DNA from: Pseudomonadota bacterium
GTDB taxonomy: Bacteria; Bdellovibrionota_B; Oligoflexia; Oligoflexales; CAIMVM01
Direction: 5' to 3'
Assembly: GCA_037142195.1 (NCBI GenBank)
Contig: JBAXBA010000058.1
Location: 1-22,903 of the forward strand
DNA length: 22,903 bases
Positions 19,812-22,903 of this stretch are shown here, in pieces. Position 1 is the first letter of the stretch, and every line of letters starts with the position of its first letter. The notes under the pieces were generated by a model. It ran no database searches. It was not told where the DNA came from and saw only the letters and a list, made by a program, of their open reading frames with translations. Both the position numbers and the translations under genes were made by a program.

Positions 19812-20690
19812 ATGAAAGTTATTAACGGGCTCCTTGTTTCCGCTAGTATTGCTCTTTCACTAACAGCGCGGGCAAGTATCCTTCCCCCAAACAACCTTTA
19901 CCTCCAAGATGGGTTTCTTGCAGGCGGACTAACCCAAGAACAATTTAATGACACCATCGATTTTGTAAGCGCTTATTACGCTCCAGTTGTCGCTTCTTAC
20001 AAGGCAAAGCTTGTTGTTGTAAGAAATTGGGATGACTCTACAGTTAACGCTTATGCTAACAGATCAGGCAAAACCTGGAATGTTAACATGTTTGGCGGAC
20101 TTGCTCGTCGCCCTGAAGTTACTGTTGATGGATTCACCCTAGTAATTTGCCACGAGATCGGTCACCACCTTGGTGGATTCCCTTTTGTACGCGACTGGGC
20201 TGCTGACGAAGGTCAAGCTGACTACTTTGCTACACAGGCTTGTGCGAGAAATCTTTGGAAAAATGATTTTAAAGTAAATGCTACATTTGCCTCCAAAGTA
20301 AATGCAGTTGCTAAAACCAAATGCGATGCGAGATGGGATTCCGAAGTAGAAAGAAATCTTTGCTATAGGGTTTCTGATGCAGGTTATTCACTTGCTACTC
20401 TTTTAGGAGCTCTCGGCGGTTCTGAATTGCCAGACTTTTCAAAACCAGATACCAGCAAAGTTTCAGCTACAAACCACGCTCACCCCAAAGCTCAGTGTCG
20501 CCTCGATACTTATTTGGCTGGTGGACTTTGTGATGCACAATTCCAAGATGACATGATTCCAGGATCAAGCACAAAAATTTCAGCTGCTGAAAAGGAAAAG
20601 CAAGCACTTTCCGTTTCTTGCTCTCAGTTTGATGCTACGAGAGAATTCGCCGGTCGCCCTACTTGCTGGTTCAAGCAAACCATTAAGTAA
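19812..20690 (+). CDS. Secreted HEXXH zinc metallopeptidase-like protein, paralog 1
   Basis: GGAGG SD; signal peptide ending ARA; VNAYA strand, CHEIGHHLGG, downstream EGQADYFA (gluzincin/M48-like third ligand), HP...CRL; eight Cys. Confidence 0.85.
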   Translation: MKVINGLLVSASIALSLTARASILPPNNLYLQDGFLAGGLTQEQFNDTIDFVSAYYAPVVASYKAKLVVVRNWDDSTVNAYANRSGKTWNVNMFGGLARRPEVTVDGFTLVICHEIGHHLGGFPFVRDWAADEGQADYFATQACARNLWKNDFKVNATFASKVNAVAKTKCDARWDSEVERNLCYRVSDAGYSLATLLGALGGSELPDFSKPDTSKVSATNHAHPKAQCRLDTYLAGGLCDAQFQDDMIPGSSTKISAAEKEKQALSVSCSQFDATREFAGRPTCWFKQTIK

Positions 20691-20718
20691 TACTCCAAAT
20701 TATTTCGAGAAGACTTAA

Positions 20719-20758
20719 AAAGAAGCGACTATCGCACGATAGTCGCTTCTTTACTTTT
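20719..20758 (+). terminator. Rho-independent terminator
   Basis: AAAGAAGCGACTATCG-CA-CGATAGTCGCTTCTTT perfect inverted repeat with T-rich tail. Confidence 0.88.
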
Positions 20759-20841
20759 GAAACACGCTTCAACCAACACCAAAGCATAAAAACGTTAAAC
20801 CAAATAAGAACCAGCCGCAGGTTAAAGAAAAGTAAGTCAGA

Positions 20842-20907
20842 ATGTCAAAAAAGTTGACCAGCCAGTCAACTTTCTCCTTGCAACTTACAAGATACTTATC
20901 TTATTAT
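20842..20907 (+). promoter_or_regulatory. Palindromic operator plus sigma70-like promoter, copy 2
   Basis: AAAGTTGAC-CAGCCA-GTCAACTTT (20850-20873), TTGCAA (20878-20883), 18 nt spacer, TATTAT (20902-20907). Confidence 0.7.
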
Positions 20908-20945
20908 CTGCTCAACTTCAAAAAACAAGACTGGGAGATGTGAAA

Positions 20946-21824
20946 ATGAAAACGATAAACAGACTGCTTATAGCCGCTGGTATGTGTCTTTCCGCGATAG
21001 GTCCCGCCAACATTCTTCCTCCCAATAACCTCTATCTTCAAGATGGGTTTCTTGCGGGCGGTTTAACTGAAGCCCAATTTAATGACACCATTGACTATGT
21101 TTATGCTTACTATGCTCCTGTAGTCTCTAACTTTAAAGCAAAACTAGTCGTTATCAGAAAATGGGACGACGCCACTGTTAATGCCTACGCTACTAAGGTG
21201 GGAAATACTTGGAATGTGGCAATGTTTGGTGGTCTTGCTCGTCGCCCTGAGGTCACTGCCGATGGATTTGCGCTGGTAGTTTGCCATGAAATTGGTCACC
21301 ATATAGGCGGCTTTCCATTCGTTCGAGGCTTCACTGCAGATGAAGGGCAGGCTGATTACTTTGCTACCCAAGCTTGCGCTAGAAATCTATGGAAGGACGA
21401 CTTTAAAACAAACGCTAAATTTGCCGCTAAAGTAGATCCTACCGCCAAATCAAAATGCGATGCTAATTGGGACTCTGAAGTAGAGCGAAATCTCTGCTAT
21501 AGAATTTCGGATGCAGGATTTTCTCTTGCTAAGCTTCTAGGAGCCCTAAATAGCAGCGAGCTTCCAGATTTTTCTAAACCAGATACAAATAAAGTAGAAA
21601 GCACTGATCATGCACATCCTGCTGCACAGTGTCGACTTGACACTTATCTTGCTGGTGGTCTATGCAATGCCCAGTTCAATGACGAATTGATTCCAGGAGC
21701 TCGTCGAAAACTTACTGCTTCTGAAAAAGAAAAAGAAGCCCTTTCCGTTTCTTGCTCTCAATTTGATAGCACTCGAGCTTTCGCTGGCCGACCTGCTTGT
21801 TGGTTCAAACAAACTGTCAAATAA
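20946..21824 (+). CDS. Secreted HEXXH zinc metallopeptidase-like protein, paralog 2
   Basis: Same motifs as paralog 1 (CHEIGHHIGG, EGQADYFA); GGAG SD favours ATG 20946 over GTG 20940. Confidence 0.85.
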   Translation: MKTINRLLIAAGMCLSAIGPANILPPNNLYLQDGFLAGGLTEAQFNDTIDYVYAYYAPVVSNFKAKLVVIRKWDDATVNAYATKVGNTWNVAMFGGLARRPEVTADGFALVVCHEIGHHIGGFPFVRGFTADEGQADYFATQACARNLWKDDFKTNAKFAAKVDPTAKSKCDANWDSEVERNLCYRISDAGFSLAKLLGALNSSELPDFSKPDTNKVESTDHAHPAAQCRLDTYLAGGLCNAQFNDELIPGARRKLTASEKEKEALSVSCSQFDSTRAFAGRPACWFKQTVK

Positions 21825-21847
21825 CATCAAATTTAGCTGAACCCATC

Positions 21848-21883
21848 GCGGTGACTTTTGGAAAAAAGTCACCGCTTTATTTT
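21848..21883 (+). terminator. Rho-independent terminator
   Basis: GCGGTGACTTTT-GGAA-AAAAGTCACCGC followed by TTTATTTT. Confidence 0.88.
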
Positions 21884-21920
21884 ATCCAATTCCATTGAAT
21901 CTTAAGGCGCATGGAGCAAG

Positions 21921-21963
21921 AAGGAAGATAAAGGAAGATAAAGGAAGATAAAGGAAGATAAAG
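21921..21963. repeat. Tandem repeat (AAGGAAGATA)x4 plus AAG
   Basis: Four exact 10-bp units at 21921, 21931, 21941 and 21951. Confidence 0.97.
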
Positions 21964-22134
21964 AACGATTATACATCTAACTTGGATAGAACCAATATTG
22001 CTAGCGCTCTAGAATCACAATCAGCCGTACAAGAGATTTTGGAACTTCTGGAATATGAAGCATTTATTCGAGGAATAAAGTACGGAAAAGAGTAAATCCG
22101 AATTTTTGTGTGAAAGACTGATTTCACGCGTTTT

Positions 22135-22578
22135 TTATTTAAAAGGCATCGTTTGCTGCATATTCTTAAGTTTTTCTTGGGAGCTAAAATGGGGATCGCT
22201 CGCTAACTTTTTGGCAAGGGCCGATACGCGTTCGCGAAGTGCAGGCGAAAGTTGCTGACCTGCTGCTTGAGCACCGGAAAGCGCGGCAATGTTGCCATAG
22301 CGCGCGGCATTTTCTCCCTCTTGCTTCATAATTTCCATGATGATTGACAGAATTTCTTGTTGAGCCCAATCAGGAAAGCTTTCGAGATAGTTGTTCGCAT
22401 CTTGGGCTTTAGGATTTTGGCTTGCGAAGGACCTTCTCTCTGTTGCATTAAACAAAAAGTTCTGCAGCGACTTAATAGCCTCATCGTGTCCTACATCAGA
22501 AAAACTGCGAGTAGGCGTTAGAGCTATTGAAAGCATAACGAGAAGCCAAAGTTTATTTACTGCAGTACCAAACATCAT
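22135..22578 (-). CDS. Hypothetical exported protein
   Basis: 147-aa ORF, GAGG upstream, signal-peptide-like N-terminus (KLWLLVMLSIAL...SFS-D), helical composition. Confidence 0.75.
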   Translation of the reverse strand: MMFGTAVNKLWLLVMLSIALTPTRSFSDVGHDEAIKSLQNFLFNATERRSFASQNPKAQDANNYLESFPDWAQQEILSIIMEIMKQEGENAARYGNIAALSGAQAAGQQLSPALRERVSALAKKLASDPHFSSQEKLKNMQQTMPFK

Positions 22579-22725
22579 AGAAAAACCTCATCGGTTAGTT
22601 TGAGTTCTAAGTAGAAAATAGTTTTTCAACTCAGCCACCATATGCTTCGGATCTGAAGTAAAAAAGATAAGAGTTTACGAAAATCGACATAATATTGGCA
22701 TGTTAACTATGCCTTTTAAGGCTAG

Positions 22726-22774
22726 CAAGAATGAGTCGATACTGAAGAAATTTTACACAAGAATGAGTCAATAC
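22726..22774. repeat. Direct repeat CAAGAATGAGTC(G/A)ATAC x2, 32-bp period
   Basis: 22726-22742 and 22758-22774, 16 of 17 positions identical. Confidence 0.85.
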
Positions 22775-22853
22775 GATTTAAACAATACCAAAGATGGTTT
22801 TAGACAATAGTGCTGCTTATCTTAGATCATCCGATTTATAATAGGCTGAAAAG

Positions 22854-22885
22854 AAATCCCCCCTAGTTTCCTAGAGGGGATTTTT
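22854..22885. terminator. Probable rho-independent terminator
   Basis: AAATCCCCCCTAG-TTTC-CTAGAGGGGATTT (one mismatch), A-rich left flank and T-rich right flank; the gene it serves is probably outside the window. Confidence 0.6.
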
Positions 22886-22903
22886 CTATATAAAGGCTGC
22901 ACT

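Noticed and set aside
21921..21963. CRISPR array
   Set aside because: Contiguous 10-bp units with no spacers and no cas genes.

Overview
Bacterial chromosomal window of roughly 40% GC by eye. The gene styles suggest Bdellovibrionota, probably Oligoflexia (inference only). The backbone is housekeeping: a 3'-truncated NtrC-family sigma54 response regulator, ruvC, hemB coupled to a lolC/E permease, a Zn-finger hypothetical, uvrA-like/panB/dnaJ on the minus strand, a SPOR protein, a YeiH-family membrane protein, a small lipoprotein, lepA and an AS3MT/ArsM-type methyltransferase. Two accessory patches stand out. (1) At about 10.2-13.8 kb, a papain-fold (C1) lipoprotein protease gene sits between two decayed, non-overlapping pieces of an IS91-family rolling-circle transposase on opposite strands (not evident from the ORF track), followed by a Cys-rich lipoprotein. 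(2) At 19.7-21.9 kb, two tandem secreted HEXXH metallopeptidase paralogs (about 79% identical by manual count) each keep their own terminator and the same 46-bp upstream block: a TTGAC-N6-GTCAA palindrome followed by a TTGCAA-N18-TAnnnT promoter. I recognised no rRNA, tRNA, CRISPR array or known riboswitch. I cannot claim a clearly new biological system; the IS91-associated protease island and the duplicated operator-protease units are the best leads.
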